A DNA stretch of 64,000 bases, taken from NCBI GenBank assembly GCA_001916005.1, contig MNRP01000056.1:64182-128181 (forward strand), given 5' to 3'. Under the pieces are notes generated by a model. It worked only from the letters and a program-made list of their open reading frames with translations, was not told where the DNA came from and searched no databases. A program made the position numbers and the translations under genes. Shown here piece after piece: positions 39,798-51,370 of the stretch. Origin of the DNA: Clostridium sp. 26_22 (GTDB lineage: Bacteria > Bacillota > Clostridia > TANB77 > CAG-508). Numbering within the stretch: the first letter of the stretch is position 1; each line of letters starts with the position of its first letter.

Positions 39798-39914
39798 ATG
39801 CCAGAAAACAGAGGTTGTGGTGGTTTCGGATTTGGTGACGATTGCTGCTGTATCATTCTTCTTATCTTAATAATATGCTGTTGCTGCGGTGGTGGCAGAG
39901 GAGGATGTTGCTAA
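39798..39914 (+). CDS. 38 aa Cys/Gly-rich hydrophobic peptide (YjcZ/tiny-TM sporulation-peptide-like)
   Basis: Not in the ORF track (under 60 aa). ATG 39798 is 8 nt after AAAGGGGG. Translation MPENRGCGGFGFGDDCCCIILLILIICCCCGGGRGGCC has 10 Cys. A hairpin terminator follows. Confidence 0.55.
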   Translation: MPENRGCGGFGFGDDCCCIILLILIICCCCGGGRGGCC

Positions 39915-39991
39915 TCTTCGCTAATAACACATAATTGCTAAGAATTTCTTAGCTACAGAAAAAGGTCTAGATTTAAAATCTTGACCTTTTT

Positions 39992-41707
39992 TTATTTATC
40001 TATTTTCATATTATTTCCATATCTTTTTACTTTTTGAGTTGTTGTTTTTTCAAATTCGCTATCTCTTATTGCAAAATCTTTTATATGTTTGTAATTTGGT
40101 ATTTTGCTATTTACGTTTGCAATTACATCTGAGATTACTTTTTTTATTTCTTCTTTTGTTGGAACTGTTCCTTTTAAATATTCTGTGATTGCTTCTTTGT
40201 TTGGGAATATTTGTGCATTTACATATGTTTCATCATCATTTTCTTTATGTGTTCCTATAACTAATGATTCAGATATTAGTGGACTTTCATTTAAATAGCT
40301 TTCTATTTCTTCTGGATATATATTTTTTCCATTTTTTGTTACAATTACACTTTTGCATCTTCCTGTAATATATAAAAATCCATTTTCATCTATTTTTCCT
40401 AAATCTCCTGTATGGAACCATCCATCTTTCAAAACTTTTTCTGTTTCTTCTGGCATATTGTAGTAACCTAGCATTACATTTGGGCCTTTTACTATTATTT
40501 CTCCAACTCCTTCTTGATTTGGATTATCAATTTTGTATTCTACTGTTGGAATTGGTAATCCTGCACTATCATTTCTTTTGAAAAAGTCTGTATTTCCTGC
40601 TACAAGTGGTGCACATTCTGTTAGGCCATAGCCTTGTAATGAATTTAACTTTAATTTATCAAATGTATTTGCTATTTCTGGGTTAACTGCTGCTGCTCCA
40701 ACTATAAATACTCTTAACCTTCCACCTAGAGTATTTTTTACTTTTCTACTAACAATTTTTCTTAATATAAATGGTAATTTATCTATTGAATTTTCACCAT
40801 CTTTTGTGTATTTTTCTGGTAATGATTTTTTTAAACTTTTCATTATTTTTTTGTACATACTTTCTAATAAAAGTGGTACACAAAGTATTACAGATGGATG
40901 ATATTCTAACATATTTTTTGATATATATCTTAATCCATCACAATAACAAATACTTGCTCCAGAATATAGAGGTAATAAAAATCCTATTGTGCATTCATAT
41001 GTATGATGTAAAGGTAATATTGAAAAGAATAAATCGCTTCTTTTTACTTTTACTATTCCATAAATTGATAATATGTTTGAGCATATATTTTTTTGTGATA
41101 AACATACTCCTTTTGCATTTCCAGTTGTTCCAGATGTAAATAATAATATTTTCATTTCATCTGGATTTATTTTTATTTCTTCAAATTTTGTGTTTCCTTT
41201 TTTTAATAATGTTCTTCCCGCTTCTATGTAATGTTCAAAAGATTTTTCAAAATCAACAAATATTGTTTTTTTGTTATTCAATTTTTCAATATTTTCTGTT
41301 ATTGTTTTTAAGTTTTTGCCATCACCTAAAATACATTCACATTCTGCAACATTCATAAAGTTTATTACATCATCTGAATGCAATTCTTTATCAATTGGAA
41401 CTACAACTCCAACTATTGATGATGCAAGATATGAAATTGCCCATTTATAAGAGTTTTTTCCTATAACAGCTATTCTTTTATTTGTTAATCCATTTTCAAT
41501 TAATTCTGTTCCCAAAGCATATATATCATTTTTTACTTCTTCATATGTTTTGCTATATATTTCTCCATCTTTATTTTTTAATTTGAAAGCTGTTCTTGTT
41601 TTATAAATTTGAGCAGACCTTTCTATCATTTCTTTAAAGTTTGTTACTTCTTCGCATTTGTGATATTTTTGTTTTAATTGTTCAGCAATGTTTAATTTGT
41701 TTTTCAT
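39992..41707 (-). CDS. Long-chain fatty acid--CoA ligase (AMP-binding family)
   Basis: LFTSGTTGNAKGV AMP-binding motif, GWFHTGDLG, KNGKNIYPEEIE. Confidence 0.85.
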   Translation of the reverse strand: MKNKLNIAEQLKQKYHKCEEVTNFKEMIERSAQIYKTRTAFKLKNKDGEIYSKTYEEVKNDIYALGTELIENGLTNKRIAVIGKNSYKWAISYLASSIVGVVVPIDKELHSDDVINFMNVAECECILGDGKNLKTITENIEKLNNKKTIFVDFEKSFEHYIEAGRTLLKKGNTKFEEIKINPDEMKILLFTSGTTGNAKGVCLSQKNICSNILSIYGIVKVKRSDLFFSILPLHHTYECTIGFLLPLYSGASICYCDGLRYISKNMLEYHPSVILCVPLLLESMYKKIMKSLKKSLPEKYTKDGENSIDKLPFILRKIVSRKVKNTLGGRLRVFIVGAAAVNPEIANTFDKLKLNSLQGYGLTECAPLVAGNTDFFKRNDSAGLPIPTVEYKIDNPNQEGVGEIIVKGPNVMLGYYNMPEETEKVLKDGWFHTGDLGKIDENGFLYITGRCKSVIVTKNGKNIYPEEIESYLNESPLISESLVIGTHKENDDETYVNAQIFPNKEAITEYLKGTVPTKEEIKKVISDVIANVNSKIPNYKHIKDFAIRDSEFEKTTTQKVKRYGNNMKIDK

Positions 41708-41725
41708 TTTATCCTTCCTCACTTA

Positions 41726-42541
41726 TTAATCATATCTATAAAATCTAAAATTTGTCTTTTTATTTAATGTTAAACTTCCATCATATATTGTTTTTTCTCC
41801 ATCTTCATATGGAATATCTATATATACTTGTGTTCTAAATTTTTCATTTTTGTTATTTTCAATTGATATTTCAAATGAAATTGAACTTTTTATTGAGCTT
41901 AGTGTTACTCCACATCTTTTTAATAGTGTTCCATTATATGTTATTGGATTTGTTGTATCTAATATTGTATAATCTGTTTTTATGTTTTGATTAATGTAAC
42001 TTAATGTAATTGGATTTGCACAATTATTATATAATGTTGGTTTGCTTAAATCTGTTTGGTCTTCTTGACTTATATTAAATTCTAATTCATCTTTTATAAT
42101 ATTTTCTTTATTCCAATTGCTTTTTGCAAAATCATTTATTGATTTATAATATAAATTCGGCTGACCTATATTTTGATTTTGTGTTATTTTTATATTAGAA
42201 ATTTTTAAACTTTTTAATGTATTTTCAAGTGTATGTTCATCACTATTATTATTTATAAATATAGCCATATCTGTATATGCATATAAATTTTCTATTGTAA
42301 AATTTGTTTGACTGCTTGTCTTATTTTTTGAATCGCAACTACTAAAAAGTACTATTTTATCGATTGAAAATATTGTTGTTTGATTTTTGTTTGCAAAGTC
42401 TAATACTTTGTTTTCAAATGATTTTTTTGCTATTTGTTTTTGTACAAATTGTTTACTAAGAATTCCTAATATTATAATTAAAATAATTACAATAATTGTT
42501 AAAATTATCTTTTTGATTTTTTCGTTAAGTTTATTTTTCAT
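41726..42541 (-). CDS. Membrane-anchored hypothetical protein, 271 aa
   Basis: N-terminal TM anchor, Asn/Ser/Thr-rich ectodomain. Confidence 0.45.
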   Translation of the reverse strand: MKNKLNEKIKKIILTIIVIILIIILGILSKQFVQKQIAKKSFENKVLDFANKNQTTIFSIDKIVLFSSCDSKNKTSSQTNFTIENLYAYTDMAIFINNNSDEHTLENTLKSLKISNIKITQNQNIGQPNLYYKSINDFAKSNWNKENIIKDELEFNISQEDQTDLSKPTLYNNCANPITLSYINQNIKTDYTILDTTNPITYNGTLLKRCGVTLSSIKSSISFEISIENNKNEKFRTQVYIDIPYEDGEKTIYDGSLTLNKKTNFRFYRYD

Positions 42542-42662
42542 AATCTTTTGTTACCTCCTACATATATTCTATATAATATATGTAATTGTCTTTGTATATA
42601 ATAGTATATTTTATAAATAAAATCAAGTTTTTAAAAAAATTTAATTTTTTTTCAAAAAAGTA

Positions 42663-42691
42663 TTGACATTTATTTTTAAATCTTGTATACT
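42663..42691 (+). promoter_or_regulatory. Promoter of the tRNA cluster
   Basis: TTGACA, 17 nt spacer, TATACT, about 20 nt upstream of tRNA-Val. Confidence 0.6.
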
Positions 42692-42712
42692 AGTCAATGT
42701 CGAAAGGAACAC

Positions 42713-42788
42713 GGTCGTTTAGCTCAGCTGGGAGAGCATCTGCCTTACAAGCAGGGGGTCATAGGTTCGAGCCCTATAACGACCACCA
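42713..42788 (+). tRNA. tRNA-Val (anticodon UAC)
   Basis: GGTCGTT acceptor, anticodon loop CTTACAA, TTCGAGC T loop, encoded CCA. Confidence 0.9.
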
Positions 42789-42798
42789 TTCTTTTTAC

Positions 42799-42875
42799 GG
42801 CCTGGTAGTTCAGTTGGTTAGAACGCTAGCCTGTCACGCTAGAGGTCGACGGTTCGAGCCCGTTCCAGGTCGCCA
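42799..42875 (+). tRNA. tRNA-Asp (anticodon GUC)
   Basis: GGCCTGGTAGTTCAGTTGGTTAGAAC..., anticodon loop CTGTCAC, encoded CCA. Confidence 0.9.
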
Positions 42876-42904
42876 TTTTTTTATATATAAGATTTTTATT
42901 TTTT

Positions 42905-42980
42905 GGCTCGATAGCTCAGTTGGTAGAGCAGGGGACTGAAAATCCCCGTGTCAGTGGTTCGATTCCACTTCGAGCCACCA
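42905..42980 (+). tRNA. tRNA-Phe (anticodon GAA)
   Basis: GGCTCGATAGCTCAGTTGGTAGAGC..., anticodon loop CTGAAAA, encoded CCA. Confidence 0.9.
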
Positions 42981-42986
42981 TTTATT

Positions 42987-43017
42987 AGAAGTAGTTTTTG
43001 AACTACTTCTTTTTTTA
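42987..43017 (+). terminator. Rho-independent terminator after the tRNA cluster
   Basis: AGAAGTAGTT ... AACTACTTCT stem plus T7. Confidence 0.7.
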
Positions 43018-43029
43018 CTTTTTATAGAA

Positions 43030-43893
43030 TTAGCTTATATCTTCATATGTTGTTACTAACCTAGCCCCCTGCTTAATCAAATCATTTGTACCAACTGAAT
43101 TAATAGAATTTATATTGCCTGGAACTACAAATACCTCTCTCCCTTGTTCTAACGCAAAATCAACTGTAATTAATGTCCCACTTTTTTCTTTTGCTTCAAT
43201 TACAATAATGCCACTGCTTATTCCACTAATAATTCTATTTCTAGCTGGAAATTTCATTTTGTCTGGTTTAGTTCCACATGGGTATTCTGAGATAATTGTT
43301 CCACCTCTTTTTACAATTTCATTTGCTAATTCTAAATTTTCTTTTGGATAAATCATATCTAATCCATTTCCTAATACTGCAATTGTATTACCATTATTTA
43401 AACTTCCTAAATGTGCATAACTATCAATTCCTTTAGCTAAACCACTTACTATATTTATATTTTGTTTTGAAAGATTATAAGCAAAATATTCTGCTGATTT
43501 TTTACCATATGTCGTACATTCTCTGCATCCAACAATTCCTATATTTTTATTGTTTAATTTTTCTATATTTCCTTTAACATATAAACTAATTGGTGGGTCG
43601 TAAATTTTTTTTAGTGCTTGAGGATATTCTCTTTCATTTATGTTGATAATTTTTATATTTTTTTCCTTCATATATTTTATATGATAATTTAATATTTTTT
43701 CATTTTTGGAAATTATTATCTCTTTTGCAATTGCTTCTCCTATTCCATTTATATTGAGTAATTCTTCTTTTGTCAATTTGTAAATTTCTTCTGGAGTTTT
43801 ATACAATTCTAATAGTCTTAATTTTCTTTTGCTACCTAAATTTTTAATTAAGCTTAACCATATCCAGTATCTTTTATTTTCTAATTCTTCCAT
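43030..43893 (-). CDS. dprA: DNA-processing protein DprA
   Basis: SGLAKGIDSYAH, RNRIISG motifs. Confidence 0.9.
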   Translation of the reverse strand: MEELENKRYWIWLSLIKNLGSKRKLRLLELYKTPEEIYKLTKEELLNINGIGEAIAKEIIISKNEKILNYHIKYMKEKNIKIININEREYPQALKKIYDPPISLYVKGNIEKLNNKNIGIVGCRECTTYGKKSAEYFAYNLSKQNINIVSGLAKGIDSYAHLGSLNNGNTIAVLGNGLDMIYPKENLELANEIVKRGGTIISEYPCGTKPDKMKFPARNRIISGISSGIIVIEAKEKSGTLITVDFALEQGREVFVVPGNINSINSVGTNDLIKQGARLVTTYEDIS

Positions 43894-43961
43894 ATCTTAA
43901 TTCCTCCTTATTTTGGCATAAAAAAGGACACAATTATACTGTGTCCCACATTAATATTTTT

Positions 43962-44819
43962 TTAATCTATCATTCCGTTTTGTCTTTTAGTTGCTTTAAT
44001 TACATTATTCATAAGCATAGCTATTGTCATTGGTCCAACTCCCCCCGGAACCGGTGTTATATAACTTGCTTTTTCTTTCACATTTTCGAAATCTACATCT
44101 CCTGTGATTTTACCATTTTCTAATCTGTTTATTCCAACATCTATTACAACCGCATTTTCTTTTACCATATCAGCTGTTACAAATTGAGCTTTTCCTATTG
44201 CAGATATTAATATGTCTGCTTCTTTTGCTTTTTGCGCTAAATTTTGTGTTTTTGAATGGCAAACTGTTACTGTTGCATTTTTATTTAAGCAACAATGCAT
44301 TAATGGTTTTCCTACGATGTTGCTTCTTCCTAATATTACCACATTTTTTCCAGTTAAGTCAATATTATATTTTTCAAACATTTTCATTATTCCATATGGT
44401 GTACATGATACGAATGTATCTTGGTTTAATACAAGTTTTCCAACATTTACTGGATTAAATCCATCTACATCTTTTTGAGGTGATATTGTTCTAAATGCTT
44501 CATTTATATCTAAATTTGCAGGTATTGGACTTTGTAATAATATTCCATTTATTGTTTTATCTTGATTTAATTTTTCTATTAGCTCTATTAGTTCTTTTTG
44601 TTTTGTATTTGAACTTAATAAATATTCTTTATATTCTATTCCAACATCTTCACATGCTTTACTTTTATTTCTAACATATACTTTTGATGCTGGATCATCT
44701 CCAACCATTATTACTGCTAATTTTGGATTAATTTGTTTGTTTTTTAATTCTTCACATTCTATTTTTAAATTTGCTCTTATTTTTTTTGCTAATTCTTTTC
44801 CATCTATTATTATAGCCAT
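43962..44819 (-). CDS. folD: Bifunctional methylene-THF dehydrogenase/cyclohydrolase
   Basis: VGDDPASKVYVRNK, PVPGGVGPMTIAML motifs. Confidence 0.95.
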   Translation of the reverse strand: MAIIIDGKELAKKIRANLKIECEELKNKQINPKLAVIMVGDDPASKVYVRNKSKACEDVGIEYKEYLLSSNTKQKELIELIEKLNQDKTINGILLQSPIPANLDINEAFRTISPQKDVDGFNPVNVGKLVLNQDTFVSCTPYGIMKMFEKYNIDLTGKNVVILGRSNIVGKPLMHCCLNKNATVTVCHSKTQNLAQKAKEADILISAIGKAQFVTADMVKENAVVIDVGINRLENGKITGDVDFENVKEKASYITPVPGGVGPMTIAMLMNNVIKATKRQNGMID

Positions 44820-44836
44820 TTTTAATACCTCTTTTA

Positions 44837-45091
44837 TTAATCATTTATAATTTTATATTCAATATCTTCCATGTGCGGAAACATCTCTCTAACCCTTTTT
44901 AATGTTAGCATTGACATTTTGGGTTGTGGATTTTTTGGATGGTCTGATAATAATTTTTGTGTATAACAATTTGGTGCTGTTTTAAATAATAAATATCTAT
45001 TTCTTACATATGTGTAAAATATTTGATAACCATTATTTAAATCTTCCCACATCATTTCAAATGTATATTTTTCTTCCATTTTTTCCTCCAT
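44837..45091 (-). CDS. Hypothetical protein, 84 aa
   Basis: ORF only. Confidence 0.35.
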   Translation of the reverse strand: MEEKMEEKYTFEMMWEDLNNGYQIFYTYVRNRYLLFKTAPNCYTQKLLSDHPKNPQPKMSMLTLKRVREMFPHMEDIEYKIIND

Positions 45092-45095
45092 AATT

Positions 45096-47120
<2,025 letters not shown>

Positions 47121-47194
47121 TTATATACAATTTGTATTATATACAATTTGAAACAAAAAATAAAGGAATTTCGAAAAATTCCTTTATTTTTTGT

Positions 47195-47890
47195 TTAATC
47201 TTGTTTTGCAAAAATAATTGTTCTTTGATCATTACTTGCATCTGTACAAGTTGATAATGTTATTTCAGCTTTTCCTGCTGTATCTCTATCATAGAATGAT
47301 GTGTCAGACTCTGATGCTTCGAATTTGTTATATATTGTATATGTTATGCTTGTTCCTCTATAATCTGTTATATATACTTTATCTCCAACTGATAATTTTT
47401 TTAAGTTAGAGAAAAATAATCCATTTCTATAGTTGTGTCCTACTATTACTGTATTTCCTGGTTGATTTATATTGTCTCCACTTGGGTATAGTGCAACTAC
47501 TGATGTTGCTAAACTTTGTGTTGACATTTTTTCTAATATTGGATATTCAAAATTTATTTTTGGAATTTTCATTGTTCCAACTGTTGTAAATCCTTTAAAG
47601 GTTTTCTTTGAACCAGTACTTGAACTTGAGTTTGTTCCAGTGTTTGGTGTTTCATCTAATCCATCTAATGTAGTATTTGTTACTTCATTATTGTCTGTAC
47701 CAGTTGTTGTATTTCCACTATCACCTGTTGTCACATCTCCTTGATAACTATTTACAAATTCTGATGCTTGTTTTGTTGTTGAATATTTTTTATAATAGTC
47801 ATATCCTAAAAATCCTAATAATCCAAGTATTGCTACTATTACTATAACTAATACTATAGTTAATACTTTACTATATTTACTTTCAAACAT
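47195..47890 (-). CDS. Sortase
   Basis: N-terminal TM, VIVGHN, TLSTCT catalytic Cys motif. Confidence 0.8.
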   Translation of the reverse strand: MFESKYSKVLTIVLVIVIVAILGLLGFLGYDYYKKYSTTKQASEFVNSYQGDVTTGDSGNTTTGTDNNEVTNTTLDGLDETPNTGTNSSSSTGSKKTFKGFTTVGTMKIPKINFEYPILEKMSTQSLATSVVALYPSGDNINQPGNTVIVGHNYRNGLFFSNLKKLSVGDKVYITDYRGTSITYTIYNKFEASESDTSFYDRDTAGKAEITLSTCTDASNDQRTIIFAKQD

Positions 47891-47961
47891 AACTTTTTAC
47901 CTCCGTACTTTTACTCTATGTTTTTATTATAACATATTTTCTTAAGTTTTACAATTATTAA

Positions 47962-48306
47962 TTACACAATTTTATCTCCAAATTTTGCACCAGCTAAAAC
48001 GTGAAAATGTAAATGCATTACTTCTTGTCCAGCATCTTTTCCACAGTTTACAATTACTCTATAGCCATTATCTTTGAAGTCTTTTTCTTCTGCTATTTTA
48101 TTAATAACTCCATATATTTTTCCTACTATAGCTTCATCTTCTTTTTGCATATGTGCTAATGATTCTATATGTTTTTTTGGTATTACTAATATATGAATTG
48201 GTGCTGCTGGATTTATATCGTTAAATGCTAGTATGTCTTCATCTTCATATACTTTTGTTGAAGGAATTTCTCCTTTTATTATTTTGCAAAATAAACAATC
48301 TTCCAT
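47962..48306 (-). CDS. HIT family nucleotide hydrolase
   Basis: CLFCKI start, HLHFHVL histidine triad. ATG 48306 after AAAGGAAG. Confidence 0.85.
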   Translation of the reverse strand: MEDCLFCKIIKGEIPSTKVYEDEDILAFNDINPAAPIHILVIPKKHIESLAHMQKEDEAIVGKIYGVINKIAEEKDFKDNGYRVIVNCGKDAGQEVMHLHFHVLAGAKFGDKIV

Positions 48307-48441
48307 TTTTATCTTCCTTTCAAGTAAGGAAAAGGGAAAAAGGGACACCCTTTTTTCCCTCTTCTTATTTTTATATACTTTTTTAATATAGGGAAATTTT
48401 TTATATGGAAAAAATGGGCGTCCCCTTTTCCCTCTTCTTTC

Positions 48442-50199
48442 CTATTTCTCAATAACTGCTTTTATTCTTCTAACTCCTGCAGAGCTCGCTTCTTCTTTTT
48501 TTATTTTGAATTTTCCAATTTCACTTGTGTTTTTTACATGAGGTCCACCACATAGTTCTTTTGATACATTTCCTATTGAATATACTGTTACTATGTCTGG
48601 GTATTTTTCTATAAACATACATTCAGCTCCTGATTTTACAGCTTCTTCTTTTGACATTTCTTCTACTGTTACAGGAAGAGCTTCTTTGATCCATTCATTT
48701 ACTAAATCCTCTGTTTTTTGTTTTTCTTCATCTGTTAATTTGTGATCACAGTTGAAGTCAAATCTCATTCTTTCTGTTGTTATGTTTGAACCTCTTTGAT
48801 GTGTTTCTGGTCCTAATACTACTTTTAATGCTGCATTTAAAAGATGTGTTGCTGTATGGTATGCTATTGTTGTATCATTTTGTTCAGCAAGTCCGCCTTT
48901 AAATTTTTGTTCTGAACCTAGTCTTGATTTTTCTTGGTGAGCTTTGAATAATTCATCAAATTCTTTCATATCAACAATCATTCCATTTTCTTTTGCAAGT
49001 TCACTTGTAACTTCTGGTGGGAATCCGTATGTATCATATAATTTAAACACAACGTTTCCTTCTATTTTATATTTTCCAGATTGTTTTGCTCTATTCATTT
49101 CTTTTTCAAATTCTTTTTCACCATGTGCTAGTGTTTTTACAAATTTATCTTTTTCTTCAATTATTACATTTTTTATTGTTTCTGCATTTTTTTCTAGTTC
49201 TGGGTACATATCTTTTAGGTTTTCTACATTTATATCTATTAATGTTGATATTTCATCTAAATTGATTTGTAGTTTATTCATATGTCTAACCATTCTACGT
49301 ATTAATCTTCTTAAGATATAACCTCTATCTACATTACTTGGTCTACCACCATCAGATATTATCATCATACTTGAACGTAAGTGTTCTGCAATTATTCTTC
49401 TGCTTTCTATGTTATCTATTTTTTGTAATTCTAATAGTTTGTCCATTACTGGTTTAAATAATTCTGTATCAAATGGTGTTTCTTTTCCTTGTAATAACAT
49501 TGTCATTCTTTCTAGTCCTAGTCCAGTATCAACATTTCTTTGTGATAATTTTGAATAATTTCCGTCTTTGTCTTTAAAATATTCCATGAAAACATTATTC
49601 CATATTTCAACATATTTACCACAGTCACAACTTGGTTGACAATCTGGTCCACATGCTGGTTTTCCTGTATCGTAGAACATTTCTGTATCTGGTCCACATG
49701 GTCCTTCTTCTCCAGCAATCCACCAGTTGTCATCTTTTCCATAATAATAAATATGACCATCTAATATTCCTGCTTTTTTCCAACATTCTGCTGCAACTGT
49801 GTCTCTTGGACAATCTTCGTCTCCTGCAAAAACTGTTACAGATAATTTTTCTACTGGAATTTGTAATTCTTTTGTTAGGAAATCAAAACTCATTTGAATT
49901 GATTCTTCTTTGAAGTAATCTCCTAATGACCAGTTTCCTAACATTTCAAAATATGTTAAATGTCTATTGTCTCCAACTTCTTCTATGTCATTTGTTCTTA
50001 CACATTTTTGATAGTCTGTTAGTCTTGTTCCTGATGGGTGTTTTTCTCCTAATAGATATGGTACTAATGGTTGCATTCCTGCTGTTGTGAATAATACTGA
50101 TGGGTCGTTTTCTGGTATTAATGGTGCTGATGGTATTATTGTATGACCATGTTCTTTAAAAAAGTTTAAATATTTATTTCTTATTTCTATTGCTTTCAT
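48442..50199 (-). CDS. alaS: Alanine--tRNA ligase, short form (catalytic, tRNA-recognition and editing domains; no C-Ala domain)
   Basis: FTTAGMQPL, FEMLGNWSLGDYFK, EIWNNVFMEY, editing HTATHLL ... CGGPHV. The protein ends at 585 aa just after RRIKAV. Confidence 0.85.
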   Translation of the reverse strand: MKAIEIRNKYLNFFKEHGHTIIPSAPLIPENDPSVLFTTAGMQPLVPYLLGEKHPSGTRLTDYQKCVRTNDIEEVGDNRHLTYFEMLGNWSLGDYFKEESIQMSFDFLTKELQIPVEKLSVTVFAGDEDCPRDTVAAECWKKAGILDGHIYYYGKDDNWWIAGEEGPCGPDTEMFYDTGKPACGPDCQPSCDCGKYVEIWNNVFMEYFKDKDGNYSKLSQRNVDTGLGLERMTMLLQGKETPFDTELFKPVMDKLLELQKIDNIESRRIIAEHLRSSMMIISDGGRPSNVDRGYILRRLIRRMVRHMNKLQINLDEISTLIDINVENLKDMYPELEKNAETIKNVIIEEKDKFVKTLAHGEKEFEKEMNRAKQSGKYKIEGNVVFKLYDTYGFPPEVTSELAKENGMIVDMKEFDELFKAHQEKSRLGSEQKFKGGLAEQNDTTIAYHTATHLLNAALKVVLGPETHQRGSNITTERMRFDFNCDHKLTDEEKQKTEDLVNEWIKEALPVTVEEMSKEEAVKSGAECMFIEKYPDIVTVYSIGNVSKELCGGPHVKNTSEIGKFKIKKEEASSAGVRRIKAVIEK

Positions 50200-50310
50200 T
50201 TTGTTCTTCCTTTCTTATGACTAGATATAATTTTATATAGTCTTTTCTCTTTTTTACGTTTTTGATTATACTTCATTTTTGTTTAAAAATCAAGTGGTAC
50301 AAATTGAAAA

Positions 50311-50354
50311 ATACCCTAAAACCAAACATTATTACAATTTTTGGTTTAGGGTAT
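50311..50354 (-). terminator. Rho-independent terminator of the 50373..50795 gene
   Basis: ATACCCTAAACCAA/TTGGTTTTAGGGTAT stem followed by a T-run on the minus strand. Confidence 0.65.
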
Positions 50355-50372
50355 TAAATTTTTATAAAAATG

Positions 50373-50795
50373 TTATTCTAACATCTTTATAAGGACTTCT
50401 GAGTCTTGTATGGCATCACCAAGAACTTTCATCTGTTCTTCTAGTTCTTTAACATCTATTCTTAAGTTTCTTTCATCAATTCCCATCTCTAAAGCCATTC
50501 TCAACTTACAACCAATCCTAAATGACTGACAATCAAAAGTTCTAAATTCATGATTTTTCCAATCATCTGGCAAAGTAATATTGAAAGAAAAATCCGCATT
50601 TTCATATCCTTTGAACTTTCTAAGCCTCAATATATAGATCATATCATGGCTCATCTCTAATGCAACTTTTTGTGCTTCTTTTAGTTTTTTTAGATAGTCT
50701 TCTTTATCTTTTTTAAAAGTTCCTAATTTCACTTCATCTGCATGCATTTTTACATGACGTAAAAAGTGGTCTGTCTGTTCAAGACTCATTGCCAT
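50373..50795 (-). CDS. Hypothetical protein, 140 aa
   Basis: ORF only; visibly less AT-rich than neighbours. Confidence 0.45.
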   Translation of the reverse strand: MAMSLEQTDHFLRHVKMHADEVKLGTFKKDKEDYLKKLKEAQKVALEMSHDMIYILRLRKFKGYENADFSFNITLPDDWKNHEFRTFDCQSFRIGCKLRMALEMGIDERNLRIDVKELEEQMKVLGDAIQDSEVLIKMLE

Positions 50796-50986
50796 AATGC
50801 AACACCTCCTTGTAGTTAATATATTTATTACACAATTCTTTTATTACTTTTTAATAGTTTAAATCAATTCTGCATTGTCATTTTACATAAAATTGATTTT
50901 TTCTACTATTTGTGATATAATAATTTTGTAACTATTAATTTTATAATATTCTGGTTGTAACCAGAAAAAATTTAGGAGGTTAATTT

Positions 50987-51370
50987 ATGGCAAATATTGC
51001 TGCACAATCAAAGACTTCTGAGCGGATGAAGCAGATGAAGCAAGGTTTTTTAGAACTTCGACAGGCTGGAAAATCTTTTTCGGAAATAGCTGAATTTTTT
51101 GGAGTTTCCGTATGGTCAGTCTATGATAATTTGCAAGAAATTGCAGATGCCAATGGTCTTTCTAGAGAAGATTTACTGTATAGGATTCACAAACCACATG
51201 TAATGAGTTCTACTTCCCAGAAAGTTAAAAATGTAGACAAACACTTAACTGTTGAAGAACTGCAAAAAAACTTTTCTGACATGTTATCTATTACCAATTA
51301 CATCATTTCAAATATTGACAAAGCATTACAAAGTGAAAAAGACAATAAGGAGGATTTTGAAAATGAATGA
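50987..51370 (+). CDS. Small HTH protein
   Basis: RQAGKSFSEIAEFFGVSVWSVYDNL helix-turn-helix-like segment. RBS AGGAGG. In-frame CGG at 51023. Confidence 0.5.
   Translation: MANIAAQSKTSERMKQMKQGFLELRQAGKSFSEIAEFFGVSVWSVYDNLQEIADANGLSREDLLYRIHKPHVMSSTSQKVKNVDKHLTVEELQKNFSDMLSITNYIISNIDKALQSEKDNKEDFENE

Noticed and set aside
42697-42939. An 80 aa ORF spanning the tRNA cluster.
   Set aside because: It is fully explained by three well-folded tRNA genes (Val, Asp, Phe). Its GC-rich look comes from tRNA sequence.
50200-50372. Searched for a T-box or other leader upstream of the short alaS.
   Set aside because: The spacer contains only the upstream gene's terminator and a plausible promoter, with no T-box sequence.
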